A DNA stretch of 64,000 nucleotides from an uncultured virus (IMG/VR IMGVR_UViG_3300037400_001705) (taxonomy: Duplodnaviria; Heunggongvirae; Uroviricota; Caudoviricetes), in the IMG/VR virus record IMGVR_UViG_3300037400_001705. The stretch is one strand, 5' to 3'. The notes under the pieces were generated by a model, which worked only from the letters and a program-made list of their open reading frames with translations, was not told where the DNA came from and did no database searches. Positions within the stretch are counted from its first letter, which is position 1. Every line of letters starts with the position of its first letter. Positions 19,601-30,303 of this stretch are shown here, piece by piece. The position numbers and the translations under genes are program-made.

Positions 19601-22600
19601 CCCACTCGTAACCCCAGAAGCTCTTGTTAGCGCTTGACCAATCGCCCATGTAGATAGTCGGGTCTTGATGTGTACCCTCTGCAGTAGTCCACTGAAAACG
19701 TCTGGCACTCATGCGCACAGCATCTTTTCCAAAATGGTGCACCTCAAAGGTGCTCAATACTGCATAATCGTTGATGCCGTCAAAGATGTCGATGGTGGCA
19801 TTACTCACATCATTGCTCTCGCCTGTGGCCTTTATCTGCACAGCACCGCGACGGGTAGCCGTGGTCAGCGAACCGAGACAGATGGCCTTGTCTTCCTCTT
19901 GCGGTACAGCGTTAGGATTGGTAGCTCCATTGTAGCCCTCGTAACCGGCAAACATCTTATAGCTGCCGCCTTCCATGATATAGTCGCTGGTGCCGTCCCA
20001 CAGCATGACAGCCGAAATGTTGCTCACGTCCGTAAAGTGCCACACAGAACCGTCATAGTTGGCGGGAATGTCTGATGCACTTCCGATAATGGTTCCATCA
20101 TCCAGACACAAGCCTGTGCGCGTCACCAGTCGCCACCAGCGGCGATTGGCGAAATTGTTATACACGCCCGACTCCTGGATGCCAAACACTTCACAGAAAG
20201 CCATGTCGCCAACCTGCCAGTAGTTCATGGTACTGGTAGTACCATCGTCAGCTTTCCATAACAGGCGGTAGCCAAATACGTCCTCAGAAGCTCCGTTTGG
20301 TGCCCAAGAGTGGGAATACTCCGACTGTCCCGTGCTGCCGTGTAGTTCCATGATGCGCTGTACGGTGCTGGCAGCTGGTGTCAGCAGATACACGCCGCCA
20401 ATGTAGCTGACCTCACGAATCTCCAGCGTATTAGCAAGCATACGCCCAAGCACGTAGAGGTCATCCACCTGCAACTGACCGCGCCCATCACCATACCACA
20501 GTTTGAAGCCATTGCCTGCCAGTCCGTCCATCGGAGTAAATGGGTCACTCTTAATGCCGTTGGAGATAAGGCCCTTGAGGAATGTGATGATACCTTCTGC
20601 AGAGTCATTGCTTTTCTTCGATAGAAAGTTGTTGCTACCGTAATTTTCAACAAGACTTTGTATCTGCTTGCTGGTGTAACCGCCACCACCTGAGCTGTTG
20701 TTGTCAGATACGGTCTTGTCTATCATGCGCTGAATGGCGCTGACCTGCTTCTCGTCTCTCAGGGTGACTTCGTAGGTAGGCACACCGTTATTACCACCCT
20801 CTCTGATGGTCAGCACGTCAATGATGATGCCTTCGTCGATACCAAGGTCTGTGTCGGCAAACAGGAAAATATCTCCAGCGTGTAACGTGTCATGCAAACT
20901 TACTGTCCCGTATGTGGCCATATCATAGCCACCCTTGACAGCATCGTCCTGTCTGGCCATCCATATCTCGTCTATTCTCGGCTGATAGGTGAAGCGGGTG
21001 CTGTCGTTCTTCTGTAATGCTTCAATAGCGGCATACAGCAGTCTCTCACTGGCCGATGCCACATATTCATCTGGCAACGAAATGCCCGTCAGCACATAGT
21101 GGTCACCGCTATGAATTTGGAAGTCGCTATATGGAAACCAAAGGTTAAGGGATTCGTCTTTCACGCGCTCTACCTTGCACACCCATTGGTTGTTGTTGTT
21201 CTTGATGGGCCTGCCTGCCATCTTGAAACTGCGAGAACCACACATACCATCTTTCATGTCGATGGTAGCACCATCTTCGTAGTATTCCGAAAGATTGAAG
21301 CCGAGGTTGGGTAGGGTAATGGTAAAATTGGGAACATCACCCTCACCAAACACACCATTGTCGGTTATCTGTTCAGCCGAAACAACCACGTCAACAGCAT
21401 TGCCAAGATACGTCATGCCCTCTAAGGTGGGGTGGATATTCTCGGTGTCGTCGCTGCCGTCAAAATAGATGTTGCCGGGACGGATGCCGTACTCGTCTGC
21501 TTTCAAGCTCTGAATCCATGGACGGTGGCTGTCTTTCGAGAAATAACCCGTAAAACCGTTGATGGTAGCCTGTCCTGTCGTATCGTTACAGTTCGTGCCG
21601 CCATGAGCCTTTACCCAAGCATATAATGACTGATTGGGAAATCCGGGCAGCATCAGCCGCGACACGGCCATATTGTTAGGCAGGTTGGCGGTGGCGTAGT
21701 ATTTGTTGGCAGCGGGGAAAGCGCTTTTCTCCACGCCACCGACAAAATAAACGGTATCGCCCTGACTGATAGCTTCAGAGAAGGCATTCATAGCCTGCTC
21801 GTCGGTCTCGTCGCGGTCATCGTCTGGATTCGGACCAGTGTATTCGCAATAGACGTAGCAGCGGTTTGAACTCCCTGACTTGCTGACAAATCCCTTTACG
21901 GTGATGCCGTTGGCGGTTATCCTGACAATGTAGTTGTATACATCGTCATAACCGGGGTAGGACTGTGAACGCTCGGTGAAATACTTTTGGTTGTAGTCAA
22001 GGTCAAGCCAGAACGAGGCGTAATGTATTCCAGAGGTGGCATAGTTATTATCAATGGTCTCTACATGGGCAAACACCTGCATATTTAACTCGGCATAGTA
22101 TCTGCTTGGCAGGTTTTCCTCGCTGCCGTATGCTTTCAGACGGGTGATTACCTGCTGGTCCTCTTCGCTGATGCGCTCTATCTCATAAAGGCCGTTGCCC
22201 TTGCCATAGCGGAATGTCTTGGCGGTAAAAGTACCGTCGGTTCCTACAATGACAACATCGCCACGCATGATGAAGTTCAGCCCAAACTCGGAATTGACTT
22301 TTGTAATAGCCTCCCAGCAGGTGATATTATCCACCGTTAGGGCTACACTCGTTTTTCCGTAAGAGGCCGTACGCTCTGCGCCTGTTGGGTCAACATATTG
22401 CTTGTAGGCATTAATGAACGCCTGCTGTCTACCGACCAACAAACCGCGTTGGGCATTTCTCACGGTATTCAAACCAATGAGAATAAACCTGCCTGGGTAC
22501 AGTTCTTCCAAACAGGCCTGCACTCTATCCAAGAGGTCATCAACGCTCTCGCAGTAGAATGGGAATGTAGGCAGTCCCGTATAGTGCAGTTGGTTGTCGT

Positions 22601-22910
22601 TGAGCACAATATCCGTGAAGTCACAGCCAACAATCTTACTTTGTGGCTCCGACACAAACTTGATATTGTCGTAAACAAAGCCCTCGCCGTATGCGCCACT
22701 GCGGGCTTTCTTCAACACTCGTGGGTCGTAGTTGATGCAGTAACGTTCACAGCGGTAGTCGATATAGTCACCAATCTGAAAACTAACTGGCTCAGCACTC
22801 TTAACCGTAACGGTCAGGTAGCACTCAGCCATCCATTCGTCGTGCAGCTCAAGTTCTTTCACTTGCGCCCGCTCAACTCCATTGATGCTATATATCTTCC
22901 ACTCACTCAT
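16629..22910 (-). CDS. very large tail tip/hub protein
   Basis: About 2090 aa downstream of tape measure; FRYGKGNGLYEI, ITRLKAYGS.ENLP, collagen-like linkers. Confidence 0.85.
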   Translation of the reverse strand: MSEWKIYSINGVERAQVKELELHDEWMAECYLTVTVKSAEPVSFQIGDYIDYRCERYCINYDPRVLKKARSGAYGEGFVYDNIKFVSEPQSKIVGCDFTDIVLNDNQLHYTGLPTFPFYCESVDDLLDRVQACLEELYPGRFILIGLNTVRNAQRGLLVGRQQAFINAYKQYVDPTGAERTASYGKTSVALTVDNITCWEAITKVNSEFGLNFIMRGDVVIVGTDGTFTAKTFRYGKGNGLYEIERISEEDQQVITRLKAYGSEENLPSRYYAELNMQVFAHVETIDNNYATSGIHYASFWLDLDYNQKYFTERSQSYPGYDDVYNYIVRITANGITVKGFVSKSGSSNRCYVYCEYTGPNPDDDRDETDEQAMNAFSEAISQGDTVYFVGGVEKSAFPAANKYYATANLPNNMAVSRLMLPGFPNQSLYAWVKAHGGTNCNDTTGQATINGFTGYFSKDSHRPWIQSLKADEYGIRPGNIYFDGSDDTENIHPTLEGMTYLGNAVDVVVSAEQITDNGVFGEGDVPNFTITLPNLGFNLSEYYEDGATIDMKDGMCGSRSFKMAGRPIKNNNNQWVCKVERVKDESLNLWFPYSDFQIHSGDHYVLTGISLPDEYVASASERLLYAAIEALQKNDSTRFTYQPRIDEIWMARQDDAVKGGYDMATYGTVSLHDTLHAGDIFLFADTDLGIDEGIIIDVLTIREGGNNGVPTYEVTLRDEKQVSAIQRMIDKTVSDNNSSGGGGYTSKQIQSLVENYGSNNFLSKKSNDSAEGIITFLKGLISNGIKSDPFTPMDGLAGNGFKLWYGDGRGQLQVDDLYVLGRMLANTLEIREVSYIGGVYLLTPAASTVQRIMELHGSTGQSEYSHSWAPNGASEDVFGYRLLWKADDGTTSTMNYWQVGDMAFCEVFGIQESGVYNNFANRRWWRLVTRTGLCLDDGTIIGSASDIPANYDGSVWHFTDVSNISAVMLWDGTSDYIMEGGSYKMFAGYEGYNGATNPNAVPQEEDKAICLGSLTTATRRGAVQIKATGESNDVSNATIDIFDGINDYAVLSTFEVHHFGKDAVRMSARRFQWTTAEGTHQDPTIYMGDWSSANKSFWGYEWDYDDSRWLCVIPSNATGETVGTMNGSKYTTEAPGTTAAWWKEVKGEKGDPGNPGETPAMLFKQEAHGTTVYAPQVTAANYMAGKNLNGWSKSAPNRTDGYDIWMSQNVVLTAADGTYSLKSVSWSTPARISGDQGPNGTSPYFADLDNEMDSVVCDVDGKPVQISGSDQNVSTVLSLWHGTTELALATPAVKRNGTTVTLGTKTSGVTVTWNSATKVLTVTYDGASDTQAVINGKDEYGITLTASTDNTITRDLTFTVNGVRPGANGEPAIIYQLKPSMSSIPFSRNSDDSLTPANRGVGLEITKTIGSTTTEYSTAMAAGVTVRYSTSAMPASSSAGTSWTSGNITVANTASNLYIAMFNLSGTLLDRETIPVVKDGLRGPQGDDGQDGQDGQDGQDGADGWTITVNPSPIILNQALSPSSGTTYNNTTDFGLPMNISISAKHGSNAGTVTINADSIQSFVGLSVSRHSTDRNILVINSYTSSEFSATKGVVTCSATLSEGDSTVTVTISVTIAINMLGSFKTTIEGDVETSIANKTYYVYDENGNVVESKTLAEYIRSSSTNSAKLSKQNDSNNFFPNFADGWESYGGDTTSIVITRSSYKVEDEGGQNQPDLYSPVVRLMPNTTYCFSAYFDNNPNGDSVYALMPAKYSYTHNSDIVYDGRATVYSTLSWQKITGTNRYRFVFTTPNDGVIRWFVLNLYASDCYLYKPQLEKGNAPTDYCPYEKYTSESEAVQTAEEIDQRIRDDLGETGINISGPTKTINLQADRVTFTNSTGTVNDKIWIDPTYGTLHAVDGHFSGTLASGTTMTDAIYTAQEHLEIGQSYPSYGTWRGIAARYKNANNQWTDAATFGARYQSSNNIVYGYVLLTNNDNGENRVVLDGYWGSVSAKSYKITPTSYGGSSKTLNKSQSHFVAFDNCATVYLPSSPDAGEIHIIRNARTSDITINSNSNTFKISTWDNDAVSSFTIPRRYTVFLFFDGSTWYANRMQ

Positions 22911-22954
22911 ATCTACATCTTTACGTGCTCTATGTTGTTGCGTGTGTTGTCGTA

Positions 22955-23461
22955 TCACGACAACGTAATGTCAGTCACAGGGTCATTGACCTTGAATGTC
23001 ACTTCAAATATTAGAAACTCGCCATTCTCGTCAGACTTCCACTTGGCGCTGTCTGAGACGGACTCCAAACGGACGTTCTGCCTACCAATACGGGTATAAG
23101 AGGAATAGAGCTTAAAAAGCCCGGACTTCAAATGATTTAGGAATGTGCCAACGTTTGCGCGGACATCGGTTATAGTGCTCGTGCCATATTTAGTGGCATT
23201 GCTGCTATCCAACTTCTTACAGCCAAATTCTACCTTTATACTGTAAGCTTCAAGTTTCAAACCGTCCGCTGGGATATACTCGTCATCGCCGTCCTCGTCG
23301 GGCCACGAACGCTTGGCTGGTTCCTTGACTTTCTCAAATAATTTGAACGGAATATCCTTGCAGAATATTCCCCATGTGGCTACGCTTTCACAAACTGGAT
23401 ATGAATCGCCATTCCCGTCCGTACCCATGCGCTGTAAGAAAAAGTTTTGCCATGCAGCCAT
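22955..23461 (-). CDS. distal-tail-like protein
   Basis: Position; KEPAKRSWPDEDG, FKVNDP. Confidence 0.7.
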   Translation of the reverse strand: MAAWQNFFLQRMGTDGNGDSYPVCESVATWGIFCKDIPFKLFEKVKEPAKRSWPDEDGDDEYIPADGLKLEAYSIKVEFGCKKLDSSNATKYGTSTITDVRANVGTFLNHLKSGLFKLYSSYTRIGRQNVRLESVSDSAKWKSDENGEFLIFEVTFKVNDPVTDITLS

Positions 23462-23504
23462 AAACCTATCGCGTTTTTGTTATCCCAAACAGTTAATTTA
23501 CTCC

Positions 23505-23540
23505 GCAAAGATACGAATAATTTCCGTATAATTATACATA
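23505..23540 (-). promoter_or_regulatory. promoter with palindromic operator
   Basis: TATCTTTGC on the minus strand plus GTATAATTATAC palindrome shared with 37261-37276. Confidence 0.65.
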
Positions 23541-23561
23541 TATATCGAATATTTATGCAAT

Positions 23562-24071
23562 TTAACACATTTGTTGTCGCTTATCCCTAATGGTCACATT
23601 GCCCTCATGGTAGATAGCACCACCATGCCAGTATACAAAGGCTTTGGAATTTTTGTCCACCTTCACATGCAAAATGCTGTTATCGTAGACCTCTATAAAC
23701 ACCTTCGCACCACGTATAACTTCTACCGTCACTTCCGAAAAATGCTTCACGTAGATATTGCCCGTGTGCATACTGTCATACCGAATACAACCAATGGCAT
23801 TACCAAGGGAAACGGCAGTCATCAGATTGCTGGCATCAATGCAACAGTCAAGGAATATGTTGTTTTCGGCAAGCAAATCCTTGGGGAAATGCTCCCGTAT
23901 AAAATCCAACTTCGGATAGTCGTGCTTCATGCAGAAATCTATTCCTTGTAAATATTTTTCCACTAATTGCTGCAACGTTTCCTTTTTACCCCAACTATCG
24001 TAAAAGCGGTCGCAAATCCCTAATGCTCTCGCATCTTCTTTGAGTGTTTTGTTAAGTTTTTTTGTACTCAT
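23562..24071 (-). CDS. hypothetical protein
   Basis: ORF of 169 aa. Confidence 0.8.
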   Translation of the reverse strand: MSTKKLNKTLKEDARALGICDRFYDSWGKKETLQQLVEKYLQGIDFCMKHDYPKLDFIREHFPKDLLAENNIFLDCCIDASNLMTAVSLGNAIGCIRYDSMHTGNIYVKHFSEVTVEVIRGAKVFIEVYDNSILHVKVDKNSKAFVYWHGGAIYHEGNVTIRDKRQQMC

Positions 24072-24072
24072 A

Positions 24073-27000
24073 TTATCTTACTTTTATACTCTGGCCGTCT
24101 GGTGCAAGATTGTGTAACAGCTTGTAAATGTCGGCTGCTGCATCAGCGTTAATCTTGGTGTTTCTGGCAATCTGCTCCAACTGCACAAGCTGTGCACGGG
24201 CTATCACAGGCATTTCGGTTTGCGTCTGGGCGATAACAAGCAACTGCATGAGTGTTGCCCTGTTTGCGCTGGTGTCGGCACGGATGGCATTGATGTACGA
24301 GGCTATCAGGTCCGCTGTGCTCTCGGTGATGTTCTTGATGCTGGCACTGGCATTGCTCGTGCCGTCATCCTTGAAGGTCTCGCCGTGTTGGTTGGCGAGC
24401 CGTTCCATGCCGTCGAGGAAAGAGGTTGTGATGGCGGCGGCTTTGTCGGCATCGCTATACATTTCCGCAAGGATGGCAAGGCCTCTTTCATCCATCTTGC
24501 CGTCGTTGCTCTCGAAATAGGATATGAATTTCTCCATATTCTTCTCCAGCAACGGCTCAAGATATTTCTGAGCGATAACCTTGGCACCTACCTCACGCAG
24601 TATCTCTGTAACCTTCTTCTTGTAGGCTTCGGCAGCATCCTCGCCATTTTCCCATGCACTGACAAGAGCATCGGCCAAACCTGACGCCCAACTCTTATAG
24701 TCAATGCCGTACAGGTCCTTGGCCATTTCCTCAGCAAAATAGCGTATCTCACTTTCAAGTTCCTTGATTTGCTGTTCCATGTCGCGAATCTTGTCAGCGT
24801 CGCCGTCTTTCTTGTCTCTCTCTGACTCTATCTGATGGCGTAGTTCGTCCTGCTGCACCATCAAGGATGCTTTCTGAGCGTCGTAGTAGCTTCTGCTCTG
24901 GTTGGCTTCCTTAATTTGGCTGTATGTTCTATCCTCGATGTAGCCCCTGCGGTGGGTAAGCAGGTCATACATCTTTTTCACCATGTCTTCGTCGGCCTTG
25001 GTATAGTAGACGCTGCCTAACGTGTGCGTGAGGATGGTTTCAAGATTCTTGGTCAGATTCTTCATTTCTTCCTGTCTTCGCTTGGAGGCTTGTATCTCTT
25101 CCTCTAACGCATTGTCGTGGGCAGCAAAGAGGGCACTGAGACCAGAAGAAACGACACTCAGACCTGCACCAATGGCAGCACCCAAAGGACCAGAGGCGCC
25201 AAGGGCGGTAAATAGCTGTGCACCACTGGCTGCTCCAGCAAAACCGCTTTGGGCTACACTAAGAGCCTGGCCGACACCAGACATGCCAAGGGTGTCAAAG
25301 AGCTTGATGACGGGATCAAGAACGTTCGCCAAGGCATTGAACTTGTCTGCCAGTCCATTAACCCCCTTTGAGAAGTCTGAATTAGCGGCCTTTTGGGCAT
25401 CGCGAATCTGCTTCTTGGTTACTTTCGAATTGGGGTCGATACCAAGCACCTTTGCAAGCTCCGTTCCTGCAATATCTCCGTCAGCATGGGTTCTTTCGGC
25501 ACGACTGAGCACCCTCATATTGTGCAGGGCGTTGCCCATGACTGAGAACGGATTGCGGTTAGCCAGCTCTTCGCGCATCTTGGCAAGGGCACTTTGCAGG
25601 GCTTTCACGTCCTCTACGCTAAGACCTGCGGTGTGTCCGAACTTATCCGTGGCGGTCATTAGGTCCGTCAGCGTCTCAGTAGTCACCCTATCAAGGTCAT
25701 CGAAAATCTTGACCCAATTCGAGTTGTTCTTGAATTGCTCAAACTGCAAATGGGCTACCTTTTCGTTATGCTCCTGTGTGACTCCTGCTTCTGCCTGCTG
25801 GCGTAGGGTGGGGTCGTTGATTTGCTTGATAAGTTCCAGCTGACGCTCGTAGCGGCGGTTTTCATCCTCTATCTGCTGGGCGATGGTGCGGTTCTTGCTG
25901 ACGGCATCTTCCATCAACTGCAACGTCTCTTGCTTGATTTTCTTCTCGTTGGCAGCATAAGCCTCGTACAACTCAGAGAACATCTTGCTGTTCTCGCCGA
26001 ACGTCTTAGCGAAGGCGTTCTTATCCATGGCGAAAACGTCCTCTGCTTTCAGGGTGCCTTGTGGATTGGCTGCAAGGGCTTCGCGCATCTGACGAATCAG
26101 TTCATCCTTATAGGTCAAGCTCTGCACACCGCCACCAAAGGCAATAGTCATGGCCCCTTGCTGATTACCTGTCAGCTGGTATATCTTCTTATAGGTGTCG
26201 TACTGCTCCGAAAGCATACTCAACTGCGTTTTCAGCTCGCTATTGAGCTTATTGATGGCATCTGTATCACTCTTCCGCTGCTGCGATACCTTGTCGGCAT
26301 CCACGGAACTAATAAACTTCTTCCGCGCCTCAGTATTGGCATTGAATCCCTTTGTCAGCTTATCAAGGCTCTGGCGATAATTGGTGACATCACCAAGATT
26401 CCAGCCAAAGACTTCTGCAAATCCGTTGGCTTTCAGATAGTCGGTTGCACCAGAGCCATACAGCTTACGGGCATTCTCCAACTCCGAATAGAACTTCTTA
26501 TAGAGGTCAACACGATTCTTCAATGCCTCAAGGACTGTATCTTTCTTATTGCCGCCTCCAGAAGTACTTTTCTTGTTTATATTCAATCCAAGGTCTTTGC
26601 CGGCCTGCACTATTTTGGCATCCTCTGCCTTATCGTTGTTATAGTCCTGTAAAACCTTGCCGATATAGCTACGCCATTCGGGCGCAAGTGGAGTAAGACC
26701 GTTTTCAATATCTTGTGGAAGGCTACTCAGGTCGAAGCCAAACTTGATAAGAATCTTACCGTTGCGCTCAATAGATTCCTGCATTTCCTTGTGCTTGTTT
26801 TGAAGGTCTTTCTCGACTTTCTCTAAGGAACTCTGAGCGTCAACGGTTATCCTTATCTTGTTTTTCTCAAAATAATTCGCCAAATCCTGCTGCCAAGGTG
26901 CGAGCGCATCCTGCTCTATGACAGGCAGAGCTTTGACCTTAACAATCATTGGCTCACTAAGCAGCTGGCTATATAACTTGTCACGGAAACGCTCTTTGGT

Positions 27001-30000
27001 CTCACCATCCAGCTCATAACTATTCAGTACGTCGTTGACGGAATCGCGGAACTTCATCAGCCCCTCATTATCCCATTCTGCTATGGTAGCCGGATTGAGG
27101 CCCTGAGCTTTCAGGGTTTCGTTAAGAGCAATTTCAATATGGTCGGCATACTCCTGCATCTGAGTGTCAACCTCTGCCTCTTTGTTCTTAAGGGCATCAA
27201 GGGCATTGCTGTATTTCTTGATGGACTCATAGACCTCATCATCAAAGTCAGTCTGTCTGCGAGCATTGAGGAAATTCTTGAAATTACCACGACCTATATC
27301 TGTTAGCTTGTCATACAACGATTGCCAGTCAAGCGAAGCCATCTTTTCCTCATTCCACGCTCCTATTTCTTTGTAGAACAGTTCGAGTTGCACCTTCATG
27401 GCTGCACTCAGTCTGTCAACACTCTTTTTGGCAACATTCTTTGCTACGTTGGCTTTGCTCCAATCAGCAAGGTCTTCTGCCATATTATCGTTGAAGAGCT
27501 GAGTAAACCAGTTTCCTTCACCGCTCTGGTTGGCAGCTGCAATGTATGCCTGAACGTTGTCACGCATGATAAGATACTCGTTAGAGACACGCTCCAGCTC
27601 GCCAAAGAGGATGCGATATTTCTCTGTCAGACTATCAGCACCCTGAATCTGCTTGTCAATCTCTTCGCTATAATTGCCGCTATTCTTGAGGGCGTTTGTC
27701 ATGCGCTCAACGGCACTTGCCATTTCGTCTGCATTCTTCGGGCGCTCTTTATTAAGCGAATTGTAGATATTGTTGACACGGCCTAATTGTTCAAGCATGG
27801 AGCCTGTTGCGCTTCCAGCAAGTTCACTTGCGCGTTTGGCTTGCTCTGAGGCACGCTCGTAAAGGGAGTAAATGCCACCGATGGTTGCAAAAGCAACACC
27901 CCACCAGCCGCCAACAAGACTAAGAGCACCATTGCCCATCTTTGACGCCATGCTCTTTTCTTGCTGCAATAGCATGGTGTTACCATTCATAATCTGCTTG
28001 CGTTGCTCAACAGTATAACCCTGTAATTGCAGCAAACGTCTAAAATGGGTCTTCGTGAGTTTGCCTTCCTGCATCAGCTGGTAAGCTTTTTGTGTACTTA
28101 TTTCTTTCTCAAGAGCAAGGATATAATATTCCTCACTCTTTAATTCACTCTTTGTCCTAACAAGACGCTTTTCTTCTTTTGTAAGCTCGCGGCCCAATAA
28201 CACACGCTCTCTCTCTAATCGGTTGGCCTCCTTAAACTTGGCAAGCTGCATATTCTTGATGGCTGTATTACCGCTGGCCTTGTCTATGCTTGAGCCAACG
28301 CCAGAAATAGCATACTTACCAAGTTTAGCAATGGCAACGCCACTGAGCATCGGTGTGAGAGTGTCGGCCATGGAAACGATGCTAACAATTAGCTCAAGAA
28401 TGTATTTAAGGCCGCTACCCATCACACCCTCACCGTCAGCAATACGGCCCAACATAATCTGCCAGGAATCTTGTAGCTTCTGATACTTACCGTACAGGGT
28501 ATCGGCAAGCTTTGACTGCATATCAAAGAACTGACCGCCCTCGTTGGTCATATCCCAAAGAACTTCCTGCACCATCTTGAACGGAACGGCACGCTTGGAG
28601 ATAAGTTCAAAGACCTCACCAGTAGTTACCATTCTGCCATTCAGGTCAGAGAATTTCTCCGAAAGCTTTTGCACCATGGGAATACCAGCCTCAGTAAACT
28701 GACGCAATTCTTGACCTCTCAGAACGGCTGCACTACGCACCTGACCGTATGCTAATATCAGGCGTTGCATGTCAACACCAAGTCCTGTAGAAATGTCGGC
28801 AAGTCGCTTGGTTGTATCAAAAAGCTCCTTGTAGGGTATCTGATAGGCTGACAGCTGTTTGGTGTAGGCCGTCAACTCCATAAAGGTTTTTGGTGACTCG
28901 ATTGCCAAATCCTGCAACTGCATATACAGGGTATTTGCCTGCTCTATGTCACCAAGAATGTTCTGCAAGGCTACGTGCTGGAACTCAAACTGACCGCCAA
29001 TGGTAATAACGCTTTTCAAGATACGCTCCAAGCCATAAAGTCCAGCGTAGGTCCCAATCTGATTTCGTATCTGTATGGAAATCCTGTTAGCTTTGTTTCC
29101 TGCCTCAGCAATGCGGTTGTAAGAAGAAATAAGACCTTCGTTAACGTGGGCCAGCATGCCAACGGCTTCTGCTGCCTTCTTGGCGGCATTGGTACGTTGA
29201 TTCATGGCAGCGGCATCGTCAAGTTCTCGCTGCTTGCCTGCTGCATGGGTTTCGTTATATCTGCGCTGAATGGCATTCAACTCTTCCGTAACCTTTTCTT
29301 TGGTCCATGTGGGCGTGGTGATACGTCCAGCTGCCAGCAAACCATTCTCATAGCTGACTTGGTGCATCAAGTTCTGAATTTCCTGAATCTTACGACCAAG
29401 GGCTGCGTATTCAACTGCCTGTTTTCGGATTCCTGCAATCTTCTGCTGACTGATAGCGTCGGCACTAAGCTTGTTCAATGCAGACTGTATCTGCTTGTTG
29501 GTTTCCAGCCGGCTGTTATAGTCGTTGGTGGCACTTGTCAGTCCACTCATTTCAGTCTTGACACGTCTCAGGAACTCTTCGTAGTCGGCACCAGAGGCAC
29601 TTGCAGGCATACCGCTACCATTGCGTTCGGCACGTTTGACGGCTGACATTCGCGCGGATATGCTGTTGATGATGCTGACAGAGCCGGACGTGTCAGTGCC
29701 AGGAGCCGCACCAACAATGGCATCAGACAGTTGCTTGCGATAACGCTGCAATTCATAATACTTGGCTTTTAGTTCGTCGATACGTCTTGATTCGTTGGCG
29801 GCATTCTTGGCTTCGGCAGCTTCCTTGGCCTCGATGTTGTCAACATAGCGAAGGGTATCTTTGAGCATCAGTTCGATGTTTAGGCGCGTCTTTTCAAACT
29901 GAGCCTCACCCCTTGAGGTGGCCCTGTCGGGATTTTTGAGGATGGCAGCAAACTCCTTGCGCACATTCTCAAGTTCCTTGCTCATTTCTTTAAGGCCTTT

Positions 30001-30240
30001 CTTCTCGTCTGCTGTAAGAGTTTTGGCACCTCTTAGTTCTGATATACGCTTCTGGGTAACATATATCTTGTCATAGACGTTGGAAATATCCAAGATGTTC
30101 TTATAGACATTCTTCATCTCTACTGCGTCATCAGTAAGCATACCTGCCAGCTTCTCAGAGTTGCGCATCAGCTTTTCAAGAACACCTGAAATCTCGTCTC
30201 TTACGCCAAGTTCAAACCAAAGTTTATCTGCTGCTGCCAT
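24073..30240 (-). CDS. tape measure protein
   Basis: 2055 aa, helical; LAIESP.TF.EL, RLILAYGQV, GQELRQFTEAGIP. Confidence 0.92.
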   Translation of the reverse strand: MAAADKLWFELGVRDEISGVLEKLMRNSEKLAGMLTDDAVEMKNVYKNILDISNVYDKIYVTQKRISELRGAKTLTADEKKGLKEMSKELENVRKEFAAILKNPDRATSRGEAQFEKTRLNIELMLKDTLRYVDNIEAKEAAEAKNAANESRRIDELKAKYYELQRYRKQLSDAIVGAAPGTDTSGSVSIINSISARMSAVKRAERNGSGMPASASGADYEEFLRRVKTEMSGLTSATNDYNSRLETNKQIQSALNKLSADAISQQKIAGIRKQAVEYAALGRKIQEIQNLMHQVSYENGLLAAGRITTPTWTKEKVTEELNAIQRRYNETHAAGKQRELDDAAAMNQRTNAAKKAAEAVGMLAHVNEGLISSYNRIAEAGNKANRISIQIRNQIGTYAGLYGLERILKSVITIGGQFEFQHVALQNILGDIEQANTLYMQLQDLAIESPKTFMELTAYTKQLSAYQIPYKELFDTTKRLADISTGLGVDMQRLILAYGQVRSAAVLRGQELRQFTEAGIPMVQKLSEKFSDLNGRMVTTGEVFELISKRAVPFKMVQEVLWDMTNEGGQFFDMQSKLADTLYGKYQKLQDSWQIMLGRIADGEGVMGSGLKYILELIVSIVSMADTLTPMLSGVAIAKLGKYAISGVGSSIDKASGNTAIKNMQLAKFKEANRLERERVLLGRELTKEEKRLVRTKSELKSEEYYILALEKEISTQKAYQLMQEGKLTKTHFRRLLQLQGYTVEQRKQIMNGNTMLLQQEKSMASKMGNGALSLVGGWWGVAFATIGGIYSLYERASEQAKRASELAGSATGSMLEQLGRVNNIYNSLNKERPKNADEMASAVERMTNALKNSGNYSEEIDKQIQGADSLTEKYRILFGELERVSNEYLIMRDNVQAYIAAANQSGEGNWFTQLFNDNMAEDLADWSKANVAKNVAKKSVDRLSAAMKVQLELFYKEIGAWNEEKMASLDWQSLYDKLTDIGRGNFKNFLNARRQTDFDDEVYESIKKYSNALDALKNKEAEVDTQMQEYADHIEIALNETLKAQGLNPATIAEWDNEGLMKFRDSVNDVLNSYELDGETKERFRDKLYSQLLSEPMIVKVKALPVIEQDALAPWQQDLANYFEKNKIRITVDAQSSLEKVEKDLQNKHKEMQESIERNGKILIKFGFDLSSLPQDIENGLTPLAPEWRSYIGKVLQDYNNDKAEDAKIVQAGKDLGLNINKKSTSGGGNKKDTVLEALKNRVDLYKKFYSELENARKLYGSGATDYLKANGFAEVFGWNLGDVTNYRQSLDKLTKGFNANTEARKKFISSVDADKVSQQRKSDTDAINKLNSELKTQLSMLSEQYDTYKKIYQLTGNQQGAMTIAFGGGVQSLTYKDELIRQMREALAANPQGTLKAEDVFAMDKNAFAKTFGENSKMFSELYEAYAANEKKIKQETLQLMEDAVSKNRTIAQQIEDENRRYERQLELIKQINDPTLRQQAEAGVTQEHNEKVAHLQFEQFKNNSNWVKIFDDLDRVTTETLTDLMTATDKFGHTAGLSVEDVKALQSALAKMREELANRNPFSVMGNALHNMRVLSRAERTHADGDIAGTELAKVLGIDPNSKVTKKQIRDAQKAANSDFSKGVNGLADKFNALANVLDPVIKLFDTLGMSGVGQALSVAQSGFAGAASGAQLFTALGASGPLGAAIGAGLSVVSSGLSALFAAHDNALEEEIQASKRRQEEMKNLTKNLETILTHTLGSVYYTKADEDMVKKMYDLLTHRRGYIEDRTYSQIKEANQSRSYYDAQKASLMVQQDELRHQIESERDKKDGDADKIRDMEQQIKELESEIRYFAEEMAKDLYGIDYKSWASGLADALVSAWENGEDAAEAYKKKVTEILREVGAKVIAQKYLEPLLEKNMEKFISYFESNDGKMDERGLAILAEMYSDADKAAAITTSFLDGMERLANQHGETFKDDGTSNASASIKNITESTADLIASYINAIRADTSANRATLMQLLVIAQTQTEMPVIARAQLVQLEQIARNTKINADAAADIYKLLHNLAPDGQSIKVR

Positions 30241-30303
30241 AATAATTCTTAATTTTTATTTGTTTATATCAGCCTATTCGATTATTTTCCCTACATTTGC
30301 AAC

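Noticed and set aside
11776..22910. Additional DGR variable repeats in other tail genes
   Set aside because: No second TR-like segment seen by eye; a BLASTN of TR against the full genome would settle it
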